Shown here: positions 15,957-31,499 of the stretch, in pieces | How the letters are laid out: each line of letters starts with the position of its first letter | Numbering within the stretch: position 1 is the stretch's first letter | Assembly: GCF_009914755.1 (NCBI RefSeq) | Contig: NC_060935.1 | Source: the human T2T-CHM13v2.0 reference genome, Homo sapiens | Strand: one strand, 5' to 3' | Length of the DNA stretch: 64,000 bases | The notes under the pieces: model-generated | The model's input: only the letters and a program-made list of their open reading frames with translations | Told to the model about the DNA's origin: nothing | Databases searched by the model: none | Made by a program: the position numbers and the translations under genes

Positions 15957-16322
15957 TAATGTTTAAGATCACTGGGGTAAGGCCATAGTTGTATGTCAGT
16001 GGTAGATCTTGTGGCATATAAATAAATTATATTGAATTTGAGAGAAAGAGAATAGATAACAATTAATTCGAGAATGACATTTCAAGCTAATTTTTAGAAT
16101 ATAGAAAATGTAGATTTTTTTTCTTTATTCTATTCAGCAAACATTAAGTGCAAGTCCTACCCAGACAGGAGTCAGGAAAGGCTTTCTTAGTGAGATGATA
16201 CTCTGAAATTAGTCTTGAAGGATGAGCAGGAATTCTTACAGTGAGGAGGGTGGAGATATTCAGAGGGAATGGTAAGGGCTCTATGTAGGAAGCTCCTCTC
16301 AGTATGGAATAACTAAAGTAAG

Positions 16323-16324
<2 letters not shown>

Positions 16325-16354
<30 letters not shown>
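16325..16354. repeat. (GT)n microsatellite
   Basis: About 15 GT units. Confidence 0.9.
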
Positions 16355-16357
<3 letters not shown>

Positions 16358-16429
16358 TGCACACGCATGCATGTCCATCCACATGCACAAGGGAAAGAGA
16401 GACACTTCCGTGTAAATGCTTAAGGATTC

Positions 16430-16640
16430 ATCACATTTTTGCAGCTTCATAGTATTCCATATAGTATGATTATATGCCATAATTTATTTAACCATTCCTC
16501 TTTTGATAGATATTTGTTTTCTGGTTTGGGCTATTTCAAATAATGTTGCACTGAACAAACTTGCACATGTGTTCTTGCAAACTTGTGACTGTAATTCTGT
16601 GTCAAGGGTTAAGGTTTGGTTTTGGTAGTCACCATTGATA
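16430..16640 (-). mobile_element. Old L1M fragment
   Basis: catagtattccat...tatgccataatttatttaaccattcc...gctatttcaaataatgttgcactgaaca. Confidence 0.6.
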
Positions 16641-17599
16641 AATTTGAGTACACACCTTAGGTCTGAGCTATGACCAGTCACACTTCATTATATTTTATAA
16701 TTTTTGAGTCCTCATCTATTTTGATCAAATTAAAGATGTCTTCAGTTTCCGGTCATATGGGAGCTTATTGTGCCATGGTAACAACTTTGGCTTGTAGTCC
16801 GAGTGACGTGGGAAGCCATTGGAGGATTATTGGCAGAGGACTGATAGAACTGTTTCTAAAGATTGCTCTGGCTACTCTGTCAAGAATGGAAGACAGAGAT
16901 GCAAAGATAAAAGGAAAACCAGTTAAGAAACTATTCTAATAGTTCAGGCAAGGGATAATCGTGACTTGCACTAGAGGAGGATTGATGCAGTTCAAGAAAA
17001 ATGGTGGGATTCTGGACATGTCATAGTTAAGAGTTGAAAGGATTTGTTGATGGATTGGATGTGGAGAGAGGGCAGGGTGTGGAGATTAGCTCTAAGATTA
17101 GAGTGGCATCATAGATATCCATGTGGAGTTGGTGAATAGACAACTGATAGTTGAGGCTACACATCAGGGTGCCCAATACTTTATTAATGAATGAATAGCT
17201 GATAGATAATTCAAGAAGGAAATGTATAAAATGAAAGTTTTAAAGAGAACAAGAATTACAGTTAACTCCTTTACTATGACTCACATGGTCCTTTTCTCTG
17301 TGCTTCCAAGCAGATCTCATTTTGACTAGAATACAACTAAACTGGTTAAGAGTTTGGACAGGGTGAGAGAGAGAGTGTGTGTGAGCATGCTAGAGGAAAT
17401 ACATTTGTATGTGTATATTTATTTCTCTCAGAATCTAAGTGTCTGTCTCTCAGAATCTAAGACTTGACGTCAGAAAAATTGTTGCTACTAATCTATGTAG
17501 AGATATTACAACTTTATGGAATTGTGTTTAATTAAAATTATTATTTTTAAAACTTCTTCATTTTAACTTCCATATAAAATTAGAAATGTTTTCCCAAAA

Positions 17600-17770
17600 T
17601 CAGGCATGGTGGTGCATGCCTGTAGTCCCAGCTACTCTGGAGGCTAAGGCAGGAGAATCGCTTGAGCCCAGGAGTTCTAATCCAGCCTGGGCAACATAAT
17701 GAGACACCCCCCCTCCCGCCCCGCCTCCATCTCTTTTAAAAAAGAAAAAAAAAGAAAGAAAGAAAGAAAA
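17600..17770 (+). mobile_element. Monomeric Alu (FLAM-like)
   Basis: Single arm, C-rich insert, A/GAAA tail. Confidence 0.8.
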
Positions 17771-18049
17771 GTTTTCCCACACCAAAAAAATACTAATAGA
17801 CTGAGTTGGAAAACTTGGTAAACAAGCAATTAGGTTGTTACTCCTTAGCTGTCTTCTGGCTGTGGCAATTTACCCAGTATTTAGACTTTTTGGCCTTTAG
17901 ACCCTGACTTGGTTTGCCTTTCGAATGCATCATTTCCTTAACCCCCTCCCATCCTCTCTGATCTTGGCTCCCTTTCTCACTGGCCATAGTCTATCTTTCC
18001 AAACCCTGCTCCATATTTTCAGCTCCTAAAGTATCTTTTCTACCTTTTT

Positions 18050-18360
18050 TAATACTTTTTTAATTGATACATGATAGATGTACATACTTTCAGGGTACAT
18101 GTAATAATATATTCATATAAATTGTAAAGATCACATTTGTGTAATTGGGATATCTGTCACCTTAAATATTTGTCTTTTCTTTATGCTGAAAACATCCTAT
18201 TATAATTATTCTCCTCCGACTATTTTGAACTGTACATTGGATTATTGTAAATTATAGTCACCCCACTGATCTATCCAACACCAGGTCTCATTTCATCTCT
18301 CAAACGGTGGGTTTGTGCTCATTAATCAGCCTCTCTTCATCCCTCCTCCCTGCTGCCACT
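18050..18360 (-). mobile_element. L1MA-family 3' end
   Basis: tttttaattgatacatgatagatgtacatactttcagggtacatgt...tatagtcacccc. Confidence 0.75.
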
Positions 18361-18850
18361 TTTGCGCCTTTAATCTATGTGTTATGGGGATGTCCATATT
18401 TGATAAAACTCTGTCCCATTCATGGCACAAGCTGCAACCTAACTATAGTAGTTTAAAATACTGTGAATGAAATATTTGTCATACATCTGCATGATTAAAT
18501 TTTCTTCGTGAAACGTAAAGCCAGAAACTCAGTGCATGTGAGTTATAAATCCGTGGTGGTACTGATAGCTTAATCCTGCATATTTCAAAGAATCAAATCC
18601 AAAGGGATTGACAGATCACTGGGTTTTTCCAGCTTGTCTGGTTAATAGACACCCTTATTTATATAAAAGTTTAATGGTCCGCAAAATATTTGAATAGCAC
18701 ATGAGGTAAACTGTTGGGAATATTAGTGCGTGATGAACTTTAAATTTAAAGTAGAGAAAGTTCAGAATTTCTGCAAGGCTTGAGCTCCTCTTGGATTTAT
18801 GCAGTTCTAACAGGACTAAGTATACAATCAAAATTATAAAAGAATCATAA

Positions 18851-20614
18851 TTTTTTCCTTTTTGATGGTTGGCAGAGCTAGCTGGGGCTTTATTTTGGAA
18901 AAAAATAATTGAACTGGTTTTTAGTTGGGGGCATGGGCAAGAGTGGGTACCCCAGGCAATAAACTCCTCCAAGGGGCTGAAGGCTAGGGCTGAGCCTCAG
19001 GTGGGTTTCCTTTTCCTTATGCTCCCCTGCACAGCTGCCTCCCTGACAGGCTCTGGGACAGCCACAGAAGGGGGTAGGCAGGGAGGGGCTGCCATGGCTG
19101 TTCACTTGGACGGGACATCAGAGGACTTAGACATCAGCTTCCCATCATGGATCTTGATCTTCTTCACAATCAGGTCCCTGGAGGAGCTGGGGCAGCTGAA
19201 GGAGCCGGAACCCCCACCAGAACCAAAGCTAGAGCCCAGGCCATAGTTGAGACCAGAGCTTGTGAGACCCCTATAGGCCCAGCTCAGCCCACCTGAGTAG
19301 CCACTGGTGGTCTTCCTATGGATACTCATATTCTGCATCCCAGACTCCAGCCAGCTTTCCTTGCCCTGCAGCAGCTTGCAGTAGGTAGTGATCTCGATGT
19401 CCAGGGCTAAATTGATGTTCATGAGCTCCTGGTACTCATGCAGCTCCCACACCATGTCCTGATTGGCCCATTGCAGGGCGGCCTCCAGCTCCACCAGCTT
19501 GGCATTGGTGTGCTTAATGGCCAGCTCCCCACATACTGCTCAGCATCTGATGGCAGCCTCCAGGGAAGCCCTCGGTCTCTGAGGCCCTTTGCTGATGTTC
19601 TGGGTCATCTCTGAGATCTCTGTCTTTGTGCAATGCAAGTCATCTCAGTGCTTTCCAGATAGCTCCTGCAACTCCTCATACTTGATCTGGTACATGCTCT
19701 CAGCCTTGGCCTGGCTGTGATTGGAGATGTCCTCATACTGGGCACAGACCTTGGTGATGATGCTGTCCATGTCCAGGGAGCAGCTGTTGTCCATGGACAG
19801 AACCACAGATGTGTCCAAGATCTGGGACAGCAGCTCCTGGATCTCCTTCATACAGCTGCTTGAGGAAGTTGATCTCATCAGTCAACCCTTCCAGGTGAGA
19901 CTCCAGCTCTGCTTTGTTCATGTAAGCTTCATCCACATCCTTCTTGATGAAGACAAATTCGTTTTCCTTCTCTGTATGCTTGTTGATCTCATCCTCCTAC
20001 TTTTTCTTGAAGTCCTCAAGCTGCCCCTGCGTATCACCAAGCTCCACCTCCAGCTTCAGCTTCTCTGACCCAGAGTGTCCAGCTGCCACCAAAGGGTGTT
20101 GATGTGGCTCTCGAACATCTCATCCATGTTGCTCCCAGCCATCTTCTGCTGCTGCAGGAGGCTCCACTTGGTCTCAAGTGCCTTGTTCTGCTGCTCCAGG
20201 AACCACAACTTGTTGATGAAGGAGGCAAACTTCTTGTCAAGGGTCTTGATCTGCTCCTTCTCCTGGTTACACACGGCCTGGATGTTGGGGTCCACTTCCA
20301 GCTTAAAAGAGCTTAGCAGGCTCTGGTTTACCATAATGGCTGTGATGCCCCCCCATACCACTGGCCTCAGCATAGCCTCCACTCAGACCTATGCTGGCAC
20401 TTAGGCCACCCAGGAAGCTGCTGCTGTTGCCCACCAGGAGAAGCTCAAGGAGCTGATGCAGGCACCAGGCCTGCTCGTGGAGGAGCAGCTGCTGAAGGCC
20501 AAGGGGCCAGAGGTGGACACCTTGTAGGACTTCTGGGTCACCCTGATGGACACAGTGGAGGCAGGAGTGGCCAAACCAGACAGAGATTTGAGGAGGATCA
20601 GAGAAGCTACTTCT
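18851..20614 (-). pseudogene. Keratin 8 (KRT8) processed pseudogene, near full length, antisense to SIK2
   Basis: Intronless; minus-strand fragments translate to KRT8 (VSIRVTQKSYK with ATG>GTG at 20551-53; [18 protein letters not shown]; [16 protein letters not shown]; SSDVPSK stop at 19102-04); frameshifts and a deletion of about RLQAEI; AATAAA at 18889-94 and decayed poly(A) 18851-63; 5'UTR remnant to 20614; degenerate TSD agaatcataattt/agattataattt. Confidence 0.95.
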
Positions 20615-21941
20615 AGATTATAATTTACTTTTGATTAACACCTCATAATAATTGGATAGTTCAATAGCAATTAGATTAAACATGTCTTAATTCCTAGAAA
20701 GCAAAATGAATTTACCATTAAATTATTTTTTTTTTCCTTCCACTAGAAGAGGAAGGAAGATGGTGGAAAAGATTGATTAGAAAGGTAGGTCAGAGACTGT
20801 CAAGAAGCTGCTGACTAAACACCTACAAGGTAGTCAGAAAACTCTTACTCTGAAATCTGTAGAAACAACACCTTCAAGAGGATACAAGGACTTTTAATGT
20901 CTTTCAAGTCCTAGAATGATGTTTTAACTTTGGTAGGTCCAGACCTTTGAGCAAAGGACGCAGAGTAAGACACTTTCTAAACTCTCTTGATTGGACCACT
21001 ATTCGTTTAAAATCTGGCTTTAACAAAACTTAAGGGTTAGTGAGAAAGATACCAAACTGTATTTTTGAGTACTATATTTTAAACTTGCCTTTATTTTAAA
21101 CTTTGTGCATCAGCATTACATGGAGTGTTTGGTTTCCCTACGAATAATGATTGGAAACCCATGCTAATCTCTTAACTGGTTAACTACACTTGTGGTTCAA
21201 GACTAACCACTTAAACCACCTGGAGACATCATTAAATGTAAATATTGAATCTGCAAACCCAACTCTATGAAGTCATGTCTTTTTGCTGAATATGAATCTT
21301 TTAAAGGCCACAGAAGAAAACCTTGCTCAAGACTACCTGTTCCTCTGTTAGTCAGAGTCATTATCACTAAGTTCTTAGAACCAGCAAGTTTTAGAACCAT
21401 TGTCAGTTTCTTTTGCTGTTGTTGAAAGCAACATTTATTAAATAGCTACATGGTCACAAGGTTTGATATCCATTCTGTCATTTGATTGTATTTCTGCAAC
21501 TCTGAGTACTCCTGTTTTGGCACATTACTGCTAGCTTTGTGAAATGTCAGGTCTTGTTTTCTGAAACTACCATAGGTGGAGATCCAGGCTCTCCTGCCTT
21601 GTTAGATCCCTGAATACTGCCCAAACTGGAGCTGTTTACCTTTGACTTTCCTGTGGGCCTCTTGGATTTGTTCTGTTCTGGCGTCTAGCAATCAGATATT
21701 TTCTACTTAGGATGTTGTCCTTTCAGCCTCACTGCTGAATGAGAAGCAATTTCAGAGCTGCCATTCCATACATCTAACTTCTCTCCAGTCCTAAAACAAG
21801 TGCCCTCAGAATTTTTGTACTAGAAATTATAGGGTAAGAGATTAGATAAAAATAAGCCAAAAGAATATTTGAAGTCACATTTTTATATAAAACTGATAAC
21901 CTTTGAAATATTAATGTTGAATTAAAAAGCATCCTCAGAGA

Positions 21942-22259
<318 letters not shown>

Positions 22260-22841
22260 TTATGTAGTTATATTTAGAAACAGGCCTACAAAGACTAAGG
22301 TGATGGCCCAGGAGCTGAGAACAGAGCCCAGTGTTTTTAACGTTAGTCCATGTTGTTGTGGAGCTATCGTCTTTCTTTTATTGCTCCCTTGATTTAGGAG
22401 TTAGCCACAACTAACCCCTCTGTCTCTTTTATCTCCCTATGTTTCTGGTATTGGATCATATGATTCTTCAGAACCATGCCTACACAGTTGTCCCCCTTTC
22501 CCAGTATTGAACTTGGAGATAGGAGGCAGTGGGTAAGTCTGGTGGGTGAACTGGCTTGGAAAAAGTGCTCAAGTGACTTCTTTCTGAGAGGAAACTTGAG
22601 ACTAGTCTTTTCTACATCATCTTACTTAATGGGGCTAATAATTAATGTAGTCCGCATGAATAGTTCCCAACCAAATGTTTTTCAAAGCCAATCAGGTTGG
22701 TCTTAATATCTAAAGATGTCATCCAGATGTGTAAAAATAATGCATGTATAATAGTTAAGGAACATAAAATACCACAATCGTAAATTGTGTAGTGAAAATG
22801 TTCAAAAGATGTCTTTGTACAATTGTGAGTTTTATAGCTGA

Positions 22842-23204
<363 letters not shown>

Positions 23205-23885
23205 TGATAATGTTACATAACAAACAGCCTCTAAAATTTAGTGGCTTACATCAACAGATATTCTTTGTCTATGAGTCATTTAGGGTGACTCCATTTCAGG
23301 CTATATAATTGGGTTCAGATCTACTCCTCATGTCCCTCATTCTACATATGCTTTTCTCATGGTAGATGATAGAAACATAGGAGATGAAATCAAAGCACAC
23401 ACATTCTCCATGACCAAAACCAGAAGCAAGGCAGGGATATGCACCACCTATTCTACTGGGAGGCATTACAAAGTCACGTGACAAAGGGTATGGATAAATC
23501 TCTTACAGGCAGGGAGTGAAGAAATGGGAAAAGTAATGTACTACAGCAGTATTTCAACCCTGTCAATTCATCACTGAATTCACCATCCTCTGTGATTTCT
23601 AGGTGAGCAGATAGTTTTGGTTTTTGCAGCTGGCCCTTCCCTTTCACTGTTTTCTTTCTTTTCTCTGACAAGTGACTTCACGATGTCATTATTACTTACT
23701 GTGTAGGACCTCAGTAAACACATCATAGTCAAGCCACTAGCTAATAAACTAGGGCTTGACTTTTCATGAACTTGTTTTCCCAAGAACTTTGATTTACTAG
23801 TTAGCTAACTGTATTGAAAAAGCTTCATTGAAAAATTGTTCCTGCTTAGCACAGCTTAATCTGTATTCTTGGGTTCCCAGTGCCA

Positions 23886-24676
23886 ATTTTTTTCTTTCTT
23901 CCAATTTTTATGTTAGGTTCAAGCGAGTACATGTTCAGGTTTGTTACATGGGTAAATTGTATGTTCCTGGGGTTTGGATATACAAATTATTTTGTCAGTC
24001 AGCTAGTAAGCATGTACCTGTTAGGCCATCTTTCAACCCTCACCCTCGTCCCACCCTCCACCCTCAAGTAGACCCCATTGTCTTTCTTGCCTTCTTTGTG
24101 TCCCTGTGTACTCAATGTTACTCAGTGTTTAGCTCCTACTTAGAAGTGAGAACATGCAGTTTTTGGTTTTCTGTTTCTGCTTTAATTCACTTAGGATAAT
24201 GGCTTCCAGCTGCATCCATGTTGCTGCAAAGGATAGTATTTCCTCCTTTTTATGGCTGTGTAGTACTCCATCATGTGTATGTATTATGTTGTCTTTATTC
24301 AGACCACCATTTATGGGCGTCTAGGTTGATTCCACACTTCTGCTATTGTGATTAGTGTGTAATGAATATACACATGCATATGTCTTTCTGGTAGAATGAT
24401 TTACATTCCTTTGGGCATATACCCAGTCATGGGATTGCTGGGCTGAACAGCAATTCTGTTTTATCTTCTTTGAGAAATCTCCAAACTGCTTCCCACCGCA
24501 GCTGAACTAGTTTTTATTCCCACCAGCAGTATATAAGCATTCCCATTTCTCCACAGCCTTGCCAGCATCTCTTCTTTATGGACTTTCTAATAACAACCAC
24601 TCTGACTGTTGTGAGATGGTCTCTCATTGTGGTTTTGATTTGCATTTCTCTAAGGATTAGTGATGTTGAGCACATT
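23886..24676 (-). mobile_element. L1PA15/16-like 3' fragment (3'UTR plus ORF2 end)
   Basis: gtacatgttcaggtttgttacatgggtaaattg...; minus ORF with CSTSLILREMQIKTTMRDHLT (L1 ORF2 C-terminus). Confidence 0.88.
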
Positions 24677-25551
24677 TCTGAATGAACCATCCAGCTTGGC
24701 TTCATTGTTTTTTTATTGTTTCACCTGAAGAACTTAAAGAAAGAAGTAAAAGAGATATATTTGCCCTTTGATTTATGAATGAATGATGATGTCTTAGATC
24801 TCAAATATTTGCTAAAAATGTAGATACCTTTAGAGTACTTCTATACAGAAACCAAAATATTAAAATTAACAAATCTGCTTCCTTCATTAGTATCTCATTC
24901 TCCAAGTTTGACATTTGAATCCTAATTCCTAAAAATTGAATGTTTTGGTAAATCATAGTCTGTTCTTTAGACTACATTTCTTTCCTTCTTAAGAAATAAT
25001 TGCATATCAATATAGCTATCTGGATGTATTTATCTGTGTAAAGAATGTGTTAGAAGTGTAACCAGATTGCATTTATAAATATTATTATAACACTACCATA
25101 AATAGAGTAAATAGCACACAATATCAGTAGTTCAGCTTAGAGTGACTCATTTGTCAGTCCAGTCATAGTCATCACTTAGAAATAATTCACAACAGACTTT
25201 GAGGTCCTGGAGCGATGATAAAAATAGGTGGGATGAAAGTACCTATTTGGGGAATTGTCTGGAATGTTTAATACCATCCAGATGACATCATCATAACCTG
25301 GTAGTATTAAATGTGACTCTGGCACTTTCCCAGGCTATTCAGTTTTTGTTTTTGTTTTTAATTATTGCCTAAAAAAACAGCTCTGGGACAGTTAATGAAA
25401 TGTTACTACATATATTGAAATCAGTAAGAAAACCCAGCTATTGTTCTGGAATTATATTAAGAGAGTTCTGATGTTTCAGACAGTATCTCATCTTGTCTGT
25501 AAGCCAGTATTGCCTCATGACATCTCTTCTATTATTGTCTTGAAGTACTGA

Positions 25552-25877
<326 letters not shown>

Positions 25878-26069
25878 TAAAGTTTTTATTATTTAATCTT
25901 CTTATATGTACTTGTTTGCATTGGGGACTGAATTTTATTTCCTTGTGGTTCCCACATTAGCATTTAGGACCATTGTCATAGAGGTGCTTAAATTTTTTGT
26001 TTTAATTTCTGCTTAATGGGACTGTACAGATTATTAACCTGAGTTTACAGTTTCACATTATTTTTCAGT

Positions 26070-26545
26070 GCTTTTTACAAATGTAAATTAGATCAAGTCT
26101 CTCATCTACTTAAAGTCCTTAAGTGGCTATCAATATTTTAAGATACAGACCCCCTTGTTAGGCCTAGAAATCCTCGCTTAGTTTGACTTTGACTTCTTCA
26201 GTTTCATCGTACGCCTTCCTCCTTCCCTGTTCTTTATGTGTTAGCCTCATTGGTCTCCTTTCAGTTTTGTGAACGTGCTGCACCTTTTTTTAGAATGCTT
26301 TTCTCCCAGTTGAAATAGTATCTTCAAAAAGAAGCCTTTCATGATCACCCTGTCTACAGTGGCCTCACCCAGATACTTTCCAGTTGATCATCCCTGTACC
26401 TCTAACATTTATTGCCCCCTGAAATTGTAATGTTTGTCTCCTTATTCATTGTCTTTTTCTCCACTCAAATAGAAGTTTCATGAGGCCAAAGTGCCAAGCA
26501 TCGTGAGAGACACAAATAAGTCACTCAAATATTTGTCAAATGGAG
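26070..26545 (+). mobile_element. L2 3' fragment
   Basis: ttttacaaatgtaaattagatca...aagtcactcaaatatttgtcaaatg. Confidence 0.55.
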
Positions 26546-27991
26546 TTTATTCTTCAAACTCAAGTAGTGTAACTTTCTTTCTTAATTTGATTCCATGAGG
26601 GAGAAAGCACTGTGCTTTGAGATTGACCTGAAAAAAAGTCAGGACAGTTGAGGGCCGTGAGTTCTGTGCTACTGTGCTCATCACTCTTATGTAACTGATT
26701 TTATTCTCATTGACTGAGATATTTAGGGTGCTTTTTAAGATCTTTACATATGTATGAAAACTGGCAAAAAAAATTATGATTTTCTGTACATGTTTATCAG
26801 CCTTGATTTGCCCTATTAAATATTTCACAGTTAGAATTATAAATTTCTTGCTAATGTACATTTTATGTTGTAAGTACTAGGCTCTTATTTGATGCTGCAG
26901 ACAGCATGATATTCTTACGTGACAGGAAAAAAAAATTGCTATGTGTGGGCAGAAGCCAGTAGGATAGATGTGGAATAAAACCCCCTTTAAGGGTTCTTTG
27001 CCATGAAGTGCCAGTTCATGTGCAGAGCAATTTAAGGTATGACTCTCCCAGCAAAAACAAAATTTGGGGTTTTTTACTGACAAATCAGAGTAACCCAAGG
27101 CCTGAATAACTTGCCCAACATGACACAGCAGTGAAGAATAGAGCCTCAGTTCAAAATCAGGCTTGTCTGACTCTAGAATTTATTTCCTACTACATTTTGA
27201 AATCTTCCTAAGTAGAAAGAAATCTAGAAATGTATTTTACTTACATGTTTTATTAAAGATGTGGAAAATGTTTGAAGTCATCTGTTTGATATCTGTTACT
27301 GTCATCATATATTACAATCTAGTAGCTTCTGTGTGGGAATTATAAATAATTTTAGGAAAGTTTGACTATATTTGCCTTTAATTAAACCAGAAACTTGAAC
27401 ATATAGTCATGAAAGTCAATTGTAAATAACCTTGAAAACTTTCAACTATGTAACTAAAAATTCTCAGAAGACCATGGTTTGCTTCAGTAGTTGCACATAG
27501 CTTGAAGAACTGATTCAGAATCTAACAGATGCGAACAGCCTAATGTAGGGAAATTGCTGAAAGCACAATTAAATTGCCAGAGTATACACAAGCAACAATT
27601 TCCTTAATTTTTGTCGAACACACAATTTGAAATGATTATGTGCTTACAAAAACAAACAGAGAAAAGCAAAGTGTTTTACAATCTGTAGTTTTATATTCAT
27701 AAATATATCTCAAGGTTAAAAGTTTAATATTATAAATAGTATTATAACCTAATATTTAAAATTAGGGTAACCCACGTTATCCTAATTAATACAGAATCAG
27801 ACACCTAATCCATTTTCTGCTAGTGTTCACATGTCGGGTGGTACATATATCAGTGTGCTAAAAACAGTTCAAATTATTTCATCTAATGGGACTTCCTTTC
27901 TCAGTAATATTCCAAGATTGATTGGCAAGAACCAGCACAAGCTGAGCTGTCAAGATTGAAGTCTTGATCTACAATAAAAAGGGTTTTTTTT

Positions 27992-28296
<305 letters not shown>

Positions 28297-29719
28297 TCAT
28301 AGTAACATTTTTGTACTGATCAGAAGAAAAAACTGTTAGAGGAAAAGATGAGTATAGATTTAGATGTGAGGATTGAAAATAATAGCTCTTCAAAATATTT
28401 TAAAGAGAGCAAATTAGCCAGTTTTGATTACCTTATTGGAGCTTCATCATTCATGGTGGTCATATTCCTGAAAACACTGTTTCTCTTCAAATTTATAACT
28501 AGAATTGTGAAGTCTGCAGATTTGTGGGTTAGGACCTCTTGCCAGGATTTAATTGAGTTTTTTTTTAAAAAAGATTCTTTAAGCATAAAATATTAAATTG
28601 GCATCAACCTTTTTACTTTACTCCAAAATTACAAACCGATGAAATTACAAATTAAATCCTTTTAACATAATATTAAATATTTAATTCCATAAATTATTAA
28701 TCTTTTGTGCTGTTATTCAGCTCCATCTTTGAGGAATGCTAGTAATTTCTGACTGAAGAACATGAGGCTTAAAGATAGTCATGCAAAGATTCTCACACCC
28801 CTGAGACATGAGGGAACTCAGCTGTCTGGGTTTCCTCCACTTCTTTGATAAGATGCTGGGAAGGCTGCCTCTTATCCCTGGGGGAAGAGAAGGGATACCA
28901 CTAAGCAGTGACGACGATGATGATAGCAACTAACATTTATTGAGCATTTATTATGTATCAGGCACTATGCTATGAAATGTACTTATCTATAAGTGCAGAC
29001 TGAAAGCATTGATTAATTATACTATATACATAACTTTAATCTGTATAATTTGAAATCTGCTTGTTGGGGCATCAGCCTTCAGGGTTGATAGAAGATGACT
29101 CTTGAATTTTTGAGGTTGACTGACTGTAAGATGATAGTTATAGTGACTTAGAAGGTGGTAATGAAGTTTATAAAAAGAAAGATGAGCTCTGTCTTGATAA
29201 CATTGCAGTGGCAGAAAGAAAATCTGTATAAGTATATAATTAGGTAGCTGTTGAAATGTCAAATATCATTGGCAAATTTGGAGATTATTCTTACAAAAAT
29301 TCTAAGGAATGAATGAAATCTCCCAGGGCAGAGTTTCTTAACCTGGTATTAAACCTAAGATTTTATAGACCTCCTTGAAATTATATACTAAATTGTATAT
29401 GTGCATGTGTATCTATGTATCATTTTTATTAGACTTTCAGTAGGGTCTGTGAGCAGAAGGCCCAAGGCCAGACTGTTCAGGTATCTCTTGACTGGGGTAA
29501 TGAAAGGCACCCTGAGACAGGCACTAAATGAGAAGATTATGAAAAAGAACCAACATCATTCAGCTAAGAATAAAGCAGATCAAAGGTTAGCCACATGAAG
29601 GTGATAGTTTATTTTTTTTAGAAATGATATTTCAATATGTTGCCTATGCTGGTCTCAGACTCCTTTGTAGTCATTTATTATGGTGCTTGAATCATGAAAG
29701 AAAGAAAAAAGAAAGCTGG

Positions 29720-30900
29720 GAAATAAACACACAATCTTAATGGTCATCATTGGAAGTGGCTAGCATGCCAACTCCTTACTTTGAAAATTGGTACTTAAAG
29801 AGGAAGAATTAAGCATTCATTCTTCCAACCTATTGAAGTTTTTTTCAGAATAATAACTCTAGTTGACAAGAAAAAATACTTCTCTACAGAAGAATTTCAC
29901 CTAATAAATGTGGCAGGAATCAATTAAAAAATCACAATTTTGCAACCCCTAATGAAATCATTGATTCATGTAACAGCCACTAATGAATACTAAAACTGTT
30001 AGTGCTGTGGTTCTCAAAGTCAGGCCCCTGTTCCAGCATCTTAAATATCACTTGGATACTTCTTTAAGAAATATGAAAACTCAGGCTCTTTCCAAAACCA
30101 ACTATGTCAGAAACTCTAAGGGTAAGTCCCAGTAAGCCGTGTGTTAACAAGCCCTCTGAGGGTTCTGACAATCACTGGAGTTTGAGAACCATGATATTAG
30201 GAGAAAGATTGCTAAGAATCTTTAATTGAAGGATCAGGCTGTCACTCCCAGTACTTACTGACCAATCTTAGCACTCCTAAAAGAAGAATCAGATGTTATA
30301 TTCCTCCTAGTAGAGGCACCTGTGATGTATTATTGCCGCTCCCAAAAGATATTAAGCCTGAATCTATTCAGTCCTTTATAGAAACTATAGGAGATGGAAG
30401 AATAAGTTAAACAGTAATGTGAGGAAGCAAAGGACAAATCCAGAATATAGGATGACCGACCCAGTTTCTTCATGACAGTGGCATAGGAAAAAGGGGGAGG
30501 GTGAGAGTAAGGGTACTGTTCCAGCGTAAAAGGGCTCCAGAAACAAAATAAACAAATATAAAATGTTCATCTTGGTTTGTATCCTGATTCAAACAAGCCA
30601 ACTATGGAGATTTGAATTCAGATTGGGTATTAGATGATAATAAGGAATTGTTAATTATGTTAGGTTTGATAATGATATTGCACTTATGTAAGAAAATGTC
30701 ATTTTTTAAGAGATACATAGAAAAGTATTTAGAGTGAAACAAATTGATGTCAAAAATTGCTTTATGTTACATGAGGAAAAAAAGGATAAATGAAACAAGT
30801 ATGACAAAATGTTGATAACTCGAATTTAGGTGATTCATTATACTATTTAATATGATTTTATGTATGTACAAAACTTTCATAATAGAAAATTTTTAAAGAT
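29720..30900 (+). mobile_element. Old L1ME-like 3' region (contains MER5 insertion)
   Basis: atcctgattcaaacaa...gggtattagatgataataaggaattgttaatt...aactttcataatagaaa. Confidence 0.5.
30005..30193. mobile_element. MER5A-like DNA transposon fossil
   Basis: Terminal inverted repeats tggttctcaaa / tttgagaacca. Confidence 0.8.
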
Positions 30901-31260
30901 ACCTGTGAAATAATGTATTTATTAGGACATTTCTACCTATGCTAACCTTCATCACAGTGTATTGTAATTGCCTGTTTACCTTGCCTGTGCTAGTATTTCT
31001 CAGACTATCAAACTGTCAATATTGAGTTTAAATTAGCCAGTCTGTTGCAGACCATGATTTTTGTAAAATGGCAGTAAAAAATAATGACCAGAAAAGCAAA
31101 ACTGGAGGGGGTGTTGACATACAAAATATAACCTTAAAAGTTTTCATTATTAAAGTTAACAAACATAAAATTATATTTCACTTAACAATTAGAACCAAAA
31201 TAAACATAGGAAACAAGAATTTTCTAAAAACTGTATTTATTCATCAAAAATACATAAGCA

Positions 31261-31499
31261 GATATGAGAGCTATCTGGCTGTGACATCTGTCACCCCACT
31301 GATCGCCAGGGTTGATTCGGCTGATCTGGCTGGCTAGATGGCTGTCCCCTTCCTCCCTCACCCCTCCATGTGTGTCCCTCCCAAAACTGCATGCTCGTTC
31401 GAAGAGGACAACCATCCCCAATAGAGGAGGACCAGTCTTTGGTCGAGGGTATATGAGTAGCTGCACTCCTCTGCCAGAATCTCCAAACAAGCTCTCAAG
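31261..31499 (+). pseudogene. 7SK snRNA (RN7SK) retropseudogene, first ~240 nt only
   Basis: Matches 7SK 5' sequence (gacatctgtcacccca.tgatcgccagggttgattcggctgatctggctggctag...ctccaaacaagctctcaag); flanked by direct repeat acataagcag at 31252-61 and 31507-16; no poly(A). Confidence 0.93.

Noticed and set aside
17707-17728. C-rich tract with GC box and G-quadruplex potential (also 12836-12881)
   Set aside because: Isolated low-complexity tracts with no CpG island or promoter context.
19102-19494. 130-aa keratin tail ORF as a functional retrogene
   Set aside because: Only a fragment; upstream frameshifts, lost start codon, substitutions in the conserved TYRKLLEGE motif (TYCKLLQGK) and no promoter.
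19721-20404. Plus-strand ORFs of 115 and 109 aa
   Set aside because: Antisense shadows of the KRT8 pseudogene codon structure.
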